Below, in pieces: positions 12,151 through 24,374 of a DNA stretch of 64,000 nucleotides. Where the stretch lies: the NCBI GenBank assembly GCA_028534125.1, contig CM052818.1, forward strand, positions 37,512,001 through 37,576,000, in the 5' to 3' direction. Source of the stretch: Lama glama (Eukaryota). A model generated the notes under the pieces. The model was not told the DNA's origin, did not search any database, and was given only the letters and a program-made list of their open reading frames with translations. Both the position numbers and the translations under genes were made by a program. Position 1 is the stretch's first letter. Every line of letters starts with the position of its first letter.

Positions 12151-13299
12151 GATGGTAAACCACCAAATGTTATTTGATGCCCTGTGTTTTTGGCTCCTCT
12201 GTCTCTGCCTCTGCACTCAACGCTCTTATCTTCAGGTCCTCGGGCAGGGCCGGCTGCTCACAAGCCCCCCGGGAGGGTGTCCACAGGAGGGCTGGTCTGG
12301 GCTTCTTCCTGGATGACATCCTTCGTTGCTGAAGGCCCCTTTTAATGGGTCTTCATTCACATGATCTCTTCTGGGCCCCAGGGGCAACCCAGAGGTAGCC
12401 TCTGTGTGTTCCAGAGACAAAAGCACTCTCTTTCCTGAGCTTTAATGAGCTGTGATCACCATGGTTTGGCTGAGTAATTGAGGCTGTAGGAAAATCTAAG
12501 CACTTGGGCTCTGAGCAACCTTAAACATTTCAAACTGATGACAATTTATACACTTTTTTCCCTCCCTTGCAGCCATAGTCTAAAAACAGTAGACTCCAGT
12601 TGAACCTGTATTTTTGAAATTATACATGTGGTTTATTATTTGTTTTGATCATGGTTGAATTGATAAGAGGAGAAGTGACATTTGTTTACTTCGAGATGAC
12701 TAAACTAATAGGAGGTAAGCAGCTGCCACTTAATGCTGAAAACTGGGAGGAAAGAGGGCAAACTTTTGCTATAACTCTAAGAGGGTCTGAAACAGAGGGA
12801 ACCCAGAAGCTTTGTTACCTTGGACCTGTGACTCGTGCACCATAAAGCACTCCGGGGAACCATAAAGACTGCAAGCAAGATGTCCAAAGCACTGCCCAGT
12901 ATGTCCTAAGAATTTGCCAGTCATTGGTACCTGACAGATGGATTTGCGGTTAGTTTTAGAAGGCCTTGTCTGATTATGTTTACATCTGAACTTACTGCTT
13001 TCAGTTAGATGAAACTGAGCTTAACATGAATTGTTCTATGATGTGCTGGCATTTTTCTTTTGTAGGACACCAATAAGATGTTTTCTATGTTCCAATATCA
13101 TCATGTCTTCATGTCATATCGTCTTGTGATTCATTGGACAGAGCCGAGCATACAAGAGGGAGGTCAGAGCCTGAGGCTATGTCTGTTGGGTTTGCTCATG
13201 CTGTCCACCGGGCTCTTGGCCATCCCAGTCTGGACTGCTCTCTGCCCCATGAGTAGGCTGCGTATGAGGCTAAAAGTGATACCTAAATATACTGAGTGA

Positions 13300-13475
13300 C
13301 GTAAGTAATTCACATGTGTTCTTTTAGGATGGTCCTTATAATAACCCTAAGAACTGACACCCTCCTCACTTCCCAGTTGAGAAAGTGGAGGCTCTGTGTA
13401 TTTAAATTCAATTGTCTTATGATCACGCAGCTAAGAAAGTCATAGCCAGGGTTTGAACCTAGTCCAGTCTAGAAA
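13300..13475 (-). mobile_element. MIR SINE
   Basis: AATAACCCTAAGA...GAGAAAGTGGAGGCTC...ATCACGCAGCTAAGAAAG..ATAGCCAGGGTTTGAACCTAG. Confidence 0.75.
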
Positions 13476-13729
13476 ATTTTAAGATACTAACTGCACATGT
13501 GAGGGGATTCTGCACCTCTGGACTTGTCCATATGTTGCTGGATTGCTCACACGTGGTATAGACAGCAGAAAGGTCAACTGCACATACCAATTCTGAGTTT
13601 GGGATTTCACCCTCCATCTCTTCTACTCTACACCCCCTTTCTTGGGTCCTTAACTCTAAAAATATTTATTCTTCTTGTTTATGGAGACCTATGAAATATA
13701 TTATCTGATAGTCTTTTTTTTTGATTTGT

Positions 13730-14535
13730 TCTTTTGTTTAAAAATAACTTTGAGGTGTAATTTACATCCAGTAAAACATACATATTTTAGGTGTACATTT
13801 CAATGAGTTTTGGCAAATAAACATAACCATTCAACTACTGTCCTAATCAGAATAGAAAACATTTCCGTCACTTTAAAAATGTCTTCATGCCACCTTGTAG
13901 TTAAGCCCCACACTCCTCATTCCAGCAGGAATCACTCCTCTGATGTCTCTTACCATGAAATGGTTTTGCCTAATCTAGAACGTCACTTAAACTAGGATCA
14001 CAGAGTAGATATTTTTTATATCTGATTTATTTGACTCCATACAATGTCTATGAGATTCAAGAATGATACTTTATGTCTTGTTTTTATTGCTGAGTAGTTT
14101 TCCACTGTGCAAATATACTTCTATTTGTTTATCCATTTTCCTATCCGTGGACATTTGGGTTTCCTAGTTCGGGGCTGTTATGAATAAAGCTGCTATATGA
14201 ACATTCACGTGGAAGCCTTTTTGTAGAAACTTGATTTCATTTCTTTAGGATAAATACCTAGGGGTGAAATTGTTCAGTCACGTGGTATGTGTATTATAAA
14301 ATTGATAAGAAACTGCTTGCTGTTTTCGAACATAATTGTAGCATTTTACACTCCCACAAGTGATTCATGAAAATTCTAGTGCCAGACTCCACATCCTTGC
14401 CTCCACAACCTTAGTATTAGAAATCTTTTTCAAGTTGAGACATTCTGGTTGGCTCTGAAGAGATAAATCATTGCAATGTTAATTAGCATTTGCCTGATAT
14501 CCTATGATGTTGAGATAACTTTTCATATAACTTTT
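13730..14535 (-). mobile_element. L1 (L1MB/L1MC-like) 3' region
   Basis: CTTTGAGGTGTAATTTACAT...GGACATTTGGGT...ATGAATAAAGCTGCTAT...GGATAAATACCTAGG...GATGTTGAG. Confidence 0.85.
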
Positions 14536-16070
14536 TTTTTCCTAATTGCAAAAACTAGTCTCATGGCAGTAGCTGCCCTGTCACCCTCTGTGGAGAAGGG
14601 ACATTCTAAACGTGGTGCTGTGCATCAGAAGTCAAAGCCAAAGAGTGGTGTCTGGGCTTCTGTGTCAAAAAAAAAAAATTCAAAAAGCAGGGTATAAACC
14701 CCTGGGTACACAAGAAACTGAGTAAATAGCCATGAATCAACAGCATTAGTGAGTCATATTGATGGACAGAACCTCACTCACCTCCCAGAGACACAAATGT
14801 CGTAGAGAACCCGGGGGGACTGGTCCTCTGGGCTCTGGTAGTAGAAGTATGTCAGCTTCAGAGAATCTGTGGCTTCTCAAGGATAGGTCTAATAACCACT
14901 GAAACTCAAAATTCAGAAATAGGGAGGAGGGGGACTAAAATATTTTGACAGAAGGTAAAATTCATTGCCTGAATTTACAATGTAGAATCTCAGACCTTCA
15001 GAAGTTTTAAAAGAAATGTCCTTGAATTTTAGACTTAGCGCATCTTCTCAGAGAAGTTAATTATGTCCCTGAGAATAAAGGTTTATCTCATCAGAAAAAC
15101 TGTAAGACTCTTCACAACTTTTAGTTGTTTTGTCAGTTATAATGGGAAATAAATGTTACTGTAACCTTCTAGTGAAAGCGCATCTTTTAAATAATTAAGC
15201 TTTCTGGAATTTTGTTATTATTATTATTTTTTAAGTTAACCCAGAATGTCAAAAGTACTGAGTCAGAACGAGGGATGCCAATCTGGAAAAGCTTGTTTAT
15301 TGAAATCCACTTGCTCAGATGTGGGGAGGGCAAGGCAGAGGGAGCCTGGGGCTGGTACGTCCCCCTGCACAGAGAAGATGTTTCATCTTTAAGGGGTGAG
15401 CGCTGGGGAAGGTGGGCAGGGAAGACATGGAGGAAGGAAAGTGGCTCTGGAGCTGGTCTGGAACTAACTGGATCACACCGGTCTTCCTGTCTCCTGAAGG
15501 TACCAGGCTAATCCTGATTTTCCACTTCCCTTCAGTTCAACAGATTTGTGTCAGAATCTCCACACAGTGCTTGGGCTATGATTGTCAGTTACACATGGTT
15601 TTTTCCCCCATCAAGTTCTCAAGAGTATTTGAGGAGTAGAAACCTTGTTAGCTAAGGGTTTTCACTTTCATTTTTCTTGGGCTATTATCTAATTTTGCAA
15701 TATGTTATCTTTTATTTGCATAGGTAATAGAAGCTTGTTGGAGCAAATTTTATAAGTCAGAAAAAAAAATCACTCTGTTTGTCTACATCTTGACTGCAAG
15801 GCTGCTGCACCTTGTATTGGCTGGGTTTCTTGATGTGGTGGTGGTTGTGGTTTTCTTCTTATTCTTCCCTTAGTGAGGAAAGATCTTGACAATCTTGTGG
15901 TTCTAAGTGTGGGAAGAAATAAGCCTCTGTTTGGAGGGAGATGCTCTCAGAGATTAAGATGGAGGCCAGCTCAAGGGCATCGCCCACAGGCAGATGGTCA
16001 AGACCTGCCCATTAATTACCTGGTTTAGACACAGCTGAGCCAAACGACAGCTGTGATCACAGAAAGAATA

Positions 16071-16490
16071 TGTATTATGCAAGATGTGGTCAGGAGGATA
16101 GGAGTCACTCTAGATATTTCAAGTGGGAAGGATTTAATATAGGAAATTAGCTACTTATAAAAGTTTTGGGAAAGCTGGGGAAGCCAGGAGCCAAGGTCAG
16201 ATAAAGCCACTGACTTGGTGGGACTCAAGACGTGTAGGAATGACAGGAAATTTGCACACATGATCTCCAAGACCTGCAGCTCCAGAGTGAGTGATTCATA
16301 GGAACAGACCCAGAAAAGTTCTAAATCCTACTTTTACTTCTGCCCTTTCCTCTACCAGCCCCTGGAGGATGAAAGCAATGGTTGTCTTTCTCTTCTATCT
16401 TCCTTATTTTGTGTAGGTGAGTTTCATTGATGGAATCTATGTTGGAATCCATGAATCTGAGAATTGTATTTTCCAGGCTTCTAGACCTTG
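16071..16490. mobile_element. Ancient LTR remnant (family uncertain)
   Basis: TGTATTA...CAGGA...CACTCTAGATATTTCAA..GG.A.GATTTAATATAGGAAATT resembles an old ERV/ERVL LTR terminus; the right end is uncertain. Confidence 0.5.
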
Positions 16491-16604
16491 TGAGGCTTAG
16501 GTGTGTGGGTGTGGGTGTGATTGTGTGCATGTGTATATCTCTTTTTTTCTTTTTTTTTGCTAGCGGGGAGGGTATCTGAATACTAATAGACCATCTCCAG
16601 CATA

Positions 16605-17020
16605 GAGTAATAATAAAAATAATAAAACTAATATGTACTGAACTTCGCCTTGTCCTACTCACCATCTGAGGAACTTTACATATATTTGCATCAGAACTAT
16701 ATGAAGGAATCACTACTACTATCCTCATTTATTGTATACTTCCAACTTGAGAAGAGACTAGATCTCGAACGTTCTTAGCACAAAAAAGAAATGCTAATTA
16801 TGTGACATGATAGAAGCATTAGTTAATGCTGTGGGTAATGCATCAAATCAACACACTGTACAACTTAAACTTGCACAGTTATGTGCCAATTATTTCTCAA
16901 TAAAAAATCTCGAATTTTAGAACTATTGAGTAAAGTTAGCAAAGCCCTATCACTACTGAGTTGCAGGGTTGGATGGCAAATCTAGGTCTGTTTTCTTCCC
17001 ATACCTGGACTGTACTTAAA
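16605..17020 (-). mobile_element. MIR SINE interrupted by an L1 3' fragment
   Basis: MIR-like segments at about 16605-16730 (..ACTATCCTCATTT) and about 16920-17020 (..AAATCTAGGTCTG..). Confidence 0.6.
16731..16908 (+). mobile_element. L1 (L1MA-like) 3' end nested in the MIR
   Basis: AAGAGACTAGATCT..AA.GTTCT...CACAAAAAAGAAATG.TAATTATGTGAC...ATCAAATCAACAC.CTGTACA.CTTAAACTT.CAC...CTCAATAAAAA. Confidence 0.8.
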
Positions 17021-18199
17021 ATCGTATCTTTCTTCCACTGTTTGATCAACTGATGGTGCAGAGAGGTATCTATTTCTGAACAATTACATGCATTTGATGG
17101 TTATTCTCTTGCATAAAGCAGAAATTGCAATTCAGAAAGTTCGTCAGTTTCCCATCGCTCCACATCTTCCCTTTTCACCTAGCCATTTTTATTCCCTCAA
17201 AACGTCATCTGTGCTTTGGTTAATAGAAATTCCTCCAGGGTTTTGGCAGAACGTTGAGAAATTTCAAGTCTCTAGTACTGTTTCAACTTGGTAACGTCTA
17301 TGTGTGTGTTGTCATAAATGTTGCATCAGCGTCACGGCTGAGAGGCCTTCATGGATCTTTTCAGTAAAATACAATATCCATTAATAGAGACATGCTTCGG
17401 ATGCTGTCAAGAGGGAAGGAACCTGTAATATATAGCTTCCTGATAGAGTCTTTAGAAAGTCCCATATCCTGCTTTTTTATTCGAATAATATGGACACTAT
17501 AAGCATGGACCATAGAAAGAAGGTGCGTGAATATGGGGGAGCTAGATATTAGTACTGGGTCTGAGGCTATCTGACTAAACTTTCTGGGCTTGGTTCTTCA
17601 AAGTCAAGTGTGAAACCATCCTTTCATACTTGAGATTGTCGTTAAAGGATAAATAGGATAAAATAATCATAAGAGAAGAATTACATACATTTACAAAAGC
17701 TCTGTGAATTATAAATTTTCCACATATGTTATCTCATTTGATCTTTATAACCAAGCTAAAAAGTAGATAGAGTACATATTATATCCTCTACAAATGAAGA
17801 GTCTGCAGTTCATGTTTCAGAGTGACATCATGTGTTCAGTTAGTGCTGATCTAAATTTATCTCCCATGAAGTTGGCATTGGGCTGGGATGAAGCCTGTTG
17901 TAACCCCTGCTTTCAGGTCTTCAGCTTGGGGACACATACCTGATCACAAGGTGTGTGAAGTACCAATTAAATAAAGAATATGGTGGCAAAGCTAGATATG
18001 CAGAGTGTCCCAATGAGCTGTGTTGATGTTGAGGGCTGAACGCATTTGGGGAAAGGAGAGAGGCACACAGGGAAGCATTGTCGAGAAAGTTCCCTTGGGG
18101 CTATGGGCCATGGAGAGGAAGGCAGCACTTGAGATATTGGCCAGAAAAATGTCACAGATGGTCTCAAAGCAGGAGCAAAGGGTGCAGAAGAACTTTAGC

Positions 18200-18445
18200 T
18201 AAACATCTTCTATATTCCAGGAATCGTGCTAGTCATCTTGCATTTTTTTCCCCATTTAATCCCCATCAGAGCCCTGTGCATTAGGTACAGTTGTCCCTTA
18301 AAAACAGCAACAACCAGGAAATCAAGGCTATACAATTGAAGTTACTATTCTGAACACACACAGTTTTTACATGGCCAGGGAAAGATTGGAAAGCAATCTA
18401 GCTGACTTAAAATTCCAAACTTGGGACATTCCACTGCACTGAACT
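18200..18445 (-). mobile_element. MIR SINE
   Basis: CCCATTTAATCCCCATCAGAGCCCTGTG..TTAGGTAC...GGAAATCAAGGCT...CTGACTTAAAA. Confidence 0.65.
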
Positions 18446-20489
18446 AGCTAAGCCGTGACTATGCTTTGCCACTGAGGTCACCCACCCAGGCATTTGGCAA
18501 ATGGTTCTGAAGCACTTTCTGTGTTTGAAAGGAGAATCTTGCCTTTCAGAATCTTAAATGAATGAGAAGACACTGAAATTTCATGGTAGGGTGGGGGTTT
18601 AATGCTTTTCTTGTCACATCTAAGGAACAGTTCTGAAAATGTTCAATTTGAGAATCTTTTAGGGTTTACACGGGGAATTTTCACCAAGAGCACGACCCTT
18701 TATTTCTCAAAGGCAGGTAACACAACACACCCAAATCACTAGCACCTTCTGTTCCTCTACATTAAAGGCATTTTTTTTCACACTTTATAATGTGAACGTG
18801 CTTTTCCCCTTCTCAGGTCTAGAGTCCCAAATCACAGGGCAGTGGTGGTTGAAATGACTTGGATATGAATTTAAGGTATAAAGTACCATCTGTTTCAAGC
18901 AGTTAGGATAAAGATAATGGGAGAGACAGTTTCCAAGATAGATGGTTATTGGAAAACAACATTTGGTTGAGGAATTACTACAACAGTGCACCCAGGTCAT
19001 TTCCAATCTACCCACTGTTCTTTGACAGAAGGAGAAAAAAAATAGAGTCAAAACTGGGAAATGGTGTCATTTCCCTGCCCCATGGGTGTAGCTCAGGGAT
19101 TGAGGTCTGTTGCGTTACATCCAGAGAAGATGCTGCCAGGCATCCATTGGCATCATTTGTAAGTGACTGTTAAATAAGACTAAGAGCTGGTCAGAAATGC
19201 AACAGGCTGCCTTCTGAGCCCCCGAGCCCCTGCCCTCTAACAGCATGAAGTCAGCTTCCACACTGTCGGTACCGGACGTCAGGCATGGAGCATCCACATT
19301 TTACGAGACCATTTCCCAATTATCTTTGGCAGAAGATCAAGTAACTAAGGGTACCCAGTGCCCAGAATGGTACTGATATGAGCCATGTTCACCTTCATCT
19401 TTGCACATTCTCATTTCAGCCATTTTTACAGTTGCCTTTTGCAGAATTGTTGAGATGTAAGAAGATCTTCTTTTGTTTGTTTGTTCCTTGTGAGTTCTTC
19501 CCCTCTGGTATTAAATTATATGTGTGATTCTCTCTCTCTCCGAATTCCTCAGCATTAGTCAAGCTCTGTTTAAAACACAGAGACCCAAAGTGAAAATGGC
19601 ATTGCAGATTCAAAACATCTGGCATGCAGAAGGCTTTTTTTTTTTCCTTTCGCCTGGGTTAGATGAAGTCTTTTTTGTTCACAGCCCAAGTGATGCCTGC
19701 ACTTCTGCTCCCGTCTCCTCTTGGCAATGTCTTTATGATGAAGTGTCCACTTTCTCCAAACCCTTGTGGTCCCTGCTGCTCTGCTTCCCATTAACCGTGT
19801 GTGTTTCCACTTGTTTGTCTCCAGATGTATTCGTGAGCATTTTTCCAGTTGAATCTCATCCTGCTATTTCTTGCTCATATTGCTAACCTCTCCAGGGGCC
19901 CATATGCTTCCACAGCTCTTGTGCCAAAATCATAGAGCATCTTAATACAAACCTTTCCTCAACGTCTTCACACCAGCCAAAACCATGGGCTCAACGGACT
20001 GCCTGCCTGATTTACAACCAGCTCTGCTGCAGAGGAAGAGGATGAGCACCAGGTCTGGAGTGAAATCGCATCCATGCCATTTCCTGGTGGTGTGACCTTA
20101 AGCGAGGTGGTCCAACCCTCGAGCCTCGGTGTCCTCACCTCCCTTCTAAGAATAGTGACCACTCTGCACAGTCAGTATGTGAGATTAGGACTGTTCAGCC
20201 CCTTCTGTGTTCCCCTGGTTCATTGGAGCTCCTCTCTGTCTCCTGGGACAGCAGAGAAGAGCTAAGATTGTTGGTGAGAACCCAAGGAAAAGGGGACTGT
20301 GTCACACCCAGACAAGGCTGGAGCATTAGTGGAATGACAGTTTTTTTTTAAAGAAAATAACAAACTGTAAGAACAATGGGGTGAAAAATTGATGGCTATG
20401 GAAAACTGGCATTTGAAGCGATGTCCCCCTCCTAATTCATTATGTTTTCTTACTTCTTTTTGACAGGCTTCTAGTTCCCAGAACACGCT

Positions 20490-20840
20490 ATGCATTCAAC
20501 ACCTGCATGCCTAAGCAATGCTCTCTTCCTATAGAATACCCATCCTTTCCCACATCTTTGTCCACCTGACACACTTCTTTTCAGCCTTCAAGAGTCAGGC
20601 CAAACATCACCTCCATAATCTCCCCAGGCTGAAATCAGCTCTTAAAGCTTCTGTGCTTCCACGTCAACCTCTAAAATCTCTCACAGCACACGTCACATGA
20701 CTGTGATTTGGGGTTAGGCATCCATCCCTGGACCCGTCTGTGCGCCTCCAAAAGGGAAGTATTCATTGTATGCCCGGAGCCCAGAGTTGTGTTGGAGACG
20801 CTGAACAAATGCATGATGAACGCGTGTGTGAATGAATGCA
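20490..20840 (+). mobile_element. L2 3' end fragment
   Basis: TCAGCCTTCAAG..TCAG.CCAAACATCACCTCC ... terminal GTGAATGAATG. Confidence 0.6.
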
Positions 20841-21329
20841 GTAATGACAGAAACAGTTTCAACTTCGCCCAATAGCAAGTCCAGAATGATGATTTTGAGA
20901 CTTGTTCTTGGAAGCAGGGGAGGAACAAGCTCCACTGAAATGTCCCGGACGAGAGCTGTCCATCCTGACCGGTCATCAGAAATGCCACTTGCTGTGCCCT
21001 CTCCCCACTGCCAGGGACAGAGCAAAGCACAGTTTTTCATCTGAAGCCGATTTTCTGAAGGTTTCGTATAAAAAGATCAGAAACTGAGGAAGCCAAGCAG
21101 CAAGGCAAGACCCGCTGGCTGCAGCCAAGTGCAAAGGGGAACCCAGTCAATTCTTATGGGGAGAAGCTCAGAACAGCCCCAGGGCTCAAGGGGGCGCTGG
21201 CTGAGCCTTTCCGTGTTTGGATGTACAACATTGTCCACTCATCCTTGGGAATCTTCCTAAGTTCTGACCCTTGGCTTGGAGTGATCTTTCTCAGACCCAC
21301 TCAGAGTTAAGAGAGGACATCTTTTATCA

Positions 21330-21570
21330 TCCTTCATAAAGTAAATCCCCATTTCTCTACTCACTCTCTTATCTCAGCATCAAAATGTACTTTCTTCCTC
21401 TCATGCAGAATTTTATGAACTTATCTTGTTGACTCATTTGGTTACTTGCCCATGTCTTTTCCTGCCACCCCAATTCCCTTATCCCAAGACCCTAGGTCCC
21501 AGGAAGGCAGAAATCTTTTTGGACATATCAAGTTCTTAATAAGCAAGCACTTGAGGACTGAATGATTCGT
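21330..21570 (+). mobile_element. L2 3' end fragment
   Basis: CCCAGGAAGGCAGAAATCTTT and a decayed L2 terminus; low identity. Confidence 0.5.
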
Positions 21571-21583
21571 TTCTGACACTGTA
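21551..21583 (+). repeat. Left arm of a perfect 33-bp inverted repeat
   Basis: TTGAGGACTGAATGATTCGTTTCTGACACTGTA is the exact reverse complement of 23321-23353. Confidence 0.97.
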
Positions 21584-23320
21584 GCATTTCCCTCCTTCTT
21601 TTCATTATTAATTTAATAATTATTAAGAACTGACTGTGTGCCAGGCACGGATATAGTAGTGGGAGGAGTGTGTGGTTAACTTGAGAGAAATTAACTTGGA
21701 GAGATGACAGTGGGAGGAGACTGTATTTGATCAAACAGCTGTCTCTGAGATTGCAAGATAGGGCAGTAGCTTAAAGTAATGTATCAGAAGTATATATTTT
21801 CTAGAAGTTCTTATTTTTCTAGAGATGGGGTTACAAGAAGGTAAGGGCAAAACTGACGTGTGCTGACATTTCTACCCAGTACAACCCCTGGCTTGCCGGT
21901 GAGAGGTTGGCTGCATAATCCCATTGTCTCCATTTTTCCAGGCTTCCTCCTAATCCCTGGGCACATATTTAACCTGAGCGGAAGCTGAGCTCATGAGGAA
22001 GGTCAGAATCTCAAGCTCTGGATTCCCATCATCCTTAAGCCTACAGATCTGAGATCATTAGGTAACGAGGAGCTAATAGTCATTTACAGCTGACATTTTT
22101 TTTTTGATCTTTTAAATTACATAAATCCAGCATGTAGCCAAGCATAAAATGGAAACTCGGTCACTAATTATCATTCTCATATATGCTTTCCAAAAGTCCC
22201 ACTGGAGTTTGGGGAAAATATGAAGGCTATTCTGAAGTCAGTGGCTTGAGTAAGAGTATTCTGTCTTGGAAGGGAATCTTGAAGCAGGAGGCCACAGATA
22301 GGAAGGAAGAATACAATATTACTTGAATGTGGGTCATATTGCACCGTCAGAAGCTACTAAAACACCTGAGAGATGGACTGCGGAGAGCTGACCATCAGGC
22401 ACTGTCTAAATCAGGTCAGAGCAGTGAATCGGAGGCTCCCATCCTGGAAGACCCAATCAGTGACAAGCATTATGAATTCCATACCAAATTTAGGACCCGC
22501 ATTTTAAGAATTTCACTTTATTTTTCTATCTATCTATAATTGCCCACACATGCACACACATGTACACACACTTTAAAATTTTCTTAAGAAAAAATTGAAC
22601 ATGCCTTAAAGAGACTCTTTTTTAAAGGACAATGCATCCAAAAAATTTACAACCTTTGTGGTGTTCAGAGTCCAGTACCAGATAAAGACCAGTCCACTTG
22701 GCGACGGAATTTTAATGCCAACTGATTTTATCTGTGTCTTCCAACTTCTCCCTTTCCTTGCCATTCCCCAAAGACAGGTATGTCACCTGGTGCTACTGGG
22801 GGAAGATCAGTACAAGGAGAGACGTGCAGAAGCAGAGAAACACTGCCACTCAGATGCTGTCACTCCAGTGCCACTCAAAGGCTGTCATTCTCACAGCGGC
22901 CAAAACAGAAGATGATCCCCAGGTTTGGGCTACTGCGTATCCACCTGAGGGACCAGGGAGACTCACCCCCTTGTGGCATGGAGAGCGATGGGTGATGGTA
23001 AGAGCTGGTCCCCAGCCAGGTTCTCCCTACATTTCTAGCTGATAGTTCTTCCTTGCTGTACTGGGTCCTCCGTGCTCTCTGACTCCTTCAGTCTTGCCCC
23101 CTGTATTTAATTCCCGGTGATTCTGATGACCCAGTGCTCTTTGGGGAAACACTGCTCTAATAGATGAATGCACAGTGGGCAGCAGGGAAACCGAGAAGAG
23201 GAGCTTTCTCTGCCTCCTGCTTCCTCAAAGGTCCTCCTTCAGCACCTCTCACTCTGACTTTAGAGGCTTCATACCTTCTAAGCTTAGGGAAGTTGTTTTA
23301 CTTTGATTTGTTATTTCCGT

Positions 23321-23353
23321 TACAGTGTCAGAAACGAATCATTCAGTCCTCAA
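23321..23353 (-). repeat. Right arm of a perfect 33-bp inverted repeat
   Basis: TACAGTGTCAGAAACGAATCATTCAGTCCTCAA; the ORF track shows the same peptide QCQKRIIQSS on opposite strands at the two sites. Confidence 0.97.
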
Positions 23354-24374
23354 TAACAGAAGGATGGTCCCTTTTTGTCTGTGTGATATCAGGGAAAAAA
23401 TTACAATGTGTATTGCACATCTGTAGAGAAGCCTCCAACTTTTATGTGCTGTGGATTTCAGCTCATGTTTTGAGCTTAATAGCAATGTGCTTGAACACCT
23501 GGTCTGTGATATGTTTTGGAATGCATTCAGGAGCCGGTTACCTCCTATGCATAATTTAAAAATATAGGCACCATGTGTCATTTAATGGAGGAGAAAGCAC
23601 CAACTGCAAACTGACCTTGCTTGCTCTTTGATTCAGGTGCGCTGCTAAGTTAATTGTCGCAAAGAACAAAATAACATTTTATGAGAGACCATTCCCCGAG
23701 ATTAACCCCTGAGTCCCGATCTCATCCCCTGCTAACTGACTCGGCCAAGACCTTTATGATGAATATATTGGGGTAAAACTGGCAAAGTTTTTTCTTTCTG
23801 AAGCCCTGTTTGACTCTCAAATTGAAAGTTCCAAAAGAAAGAAATTGATTGTGTTACTCCTTTTTTTTTTTTTCCACCAAGAAGCATTATATATAGAAAG
23901 AGCCAGAACTTCACTTGGAATTCTGAATACTCTAGTTTGCACTTGTTTGCACTTTATTTGGAGAGAATCCATGATCTACAAGGAGCCTTATTTTTCTGTC
24001 TATAAAGTAGGCACAGCTGCATTCATATACTTCTAAGAAACTTGCAGAGAATTAATAGGAAAAGGGAAAATGATGTCAAACCTGCTGATTCCAACACCCT
24101 TATACTGTCCCTACCGGTATAACTTGCCCCAGCCCAAATTTAGGATATGTGAGTCTGGCCATATGGGCATCAATTCGTTTCTTGTAAGACACTCTGCCTC
24201 CAATTCAAGTTACTATAAGTCTTTTGAAGGGGCAAAGTTTATGTTCAACTTCTTGTTTTCCCTCTGCGTACCACAGAGCCACTATCTGCTAAAAAGTATG
24301 TAGCATTCATTTAATTAATGAATATTAATGACATTATTTGCTTGGTTATGGTCTTGTGGCTCAAAGACCTTAAC

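Noticed and set aside
12190..12350. Plus-strand exon after a strong polypyrimidine acceptor (..TCTTCAG|GTCC)
   Set aside because: All three frames stop within about 110 nt and no good donor follows.
21184..21200. CTCF-like motif (GCTCAAGGGGGCGCTG; another near 57966)
   Set aside because: Mismatches at conserved 5' positions; cannot be supported without PWM scoring or ChIP data.
21551..23353. DNA transposon with 33-bp TIRs
   Set aside because: No target-site duplication, no transposase, and the interior holds ancient L2 and MER5-like fragments, which is incompatible with perfectly identical young TIRs.
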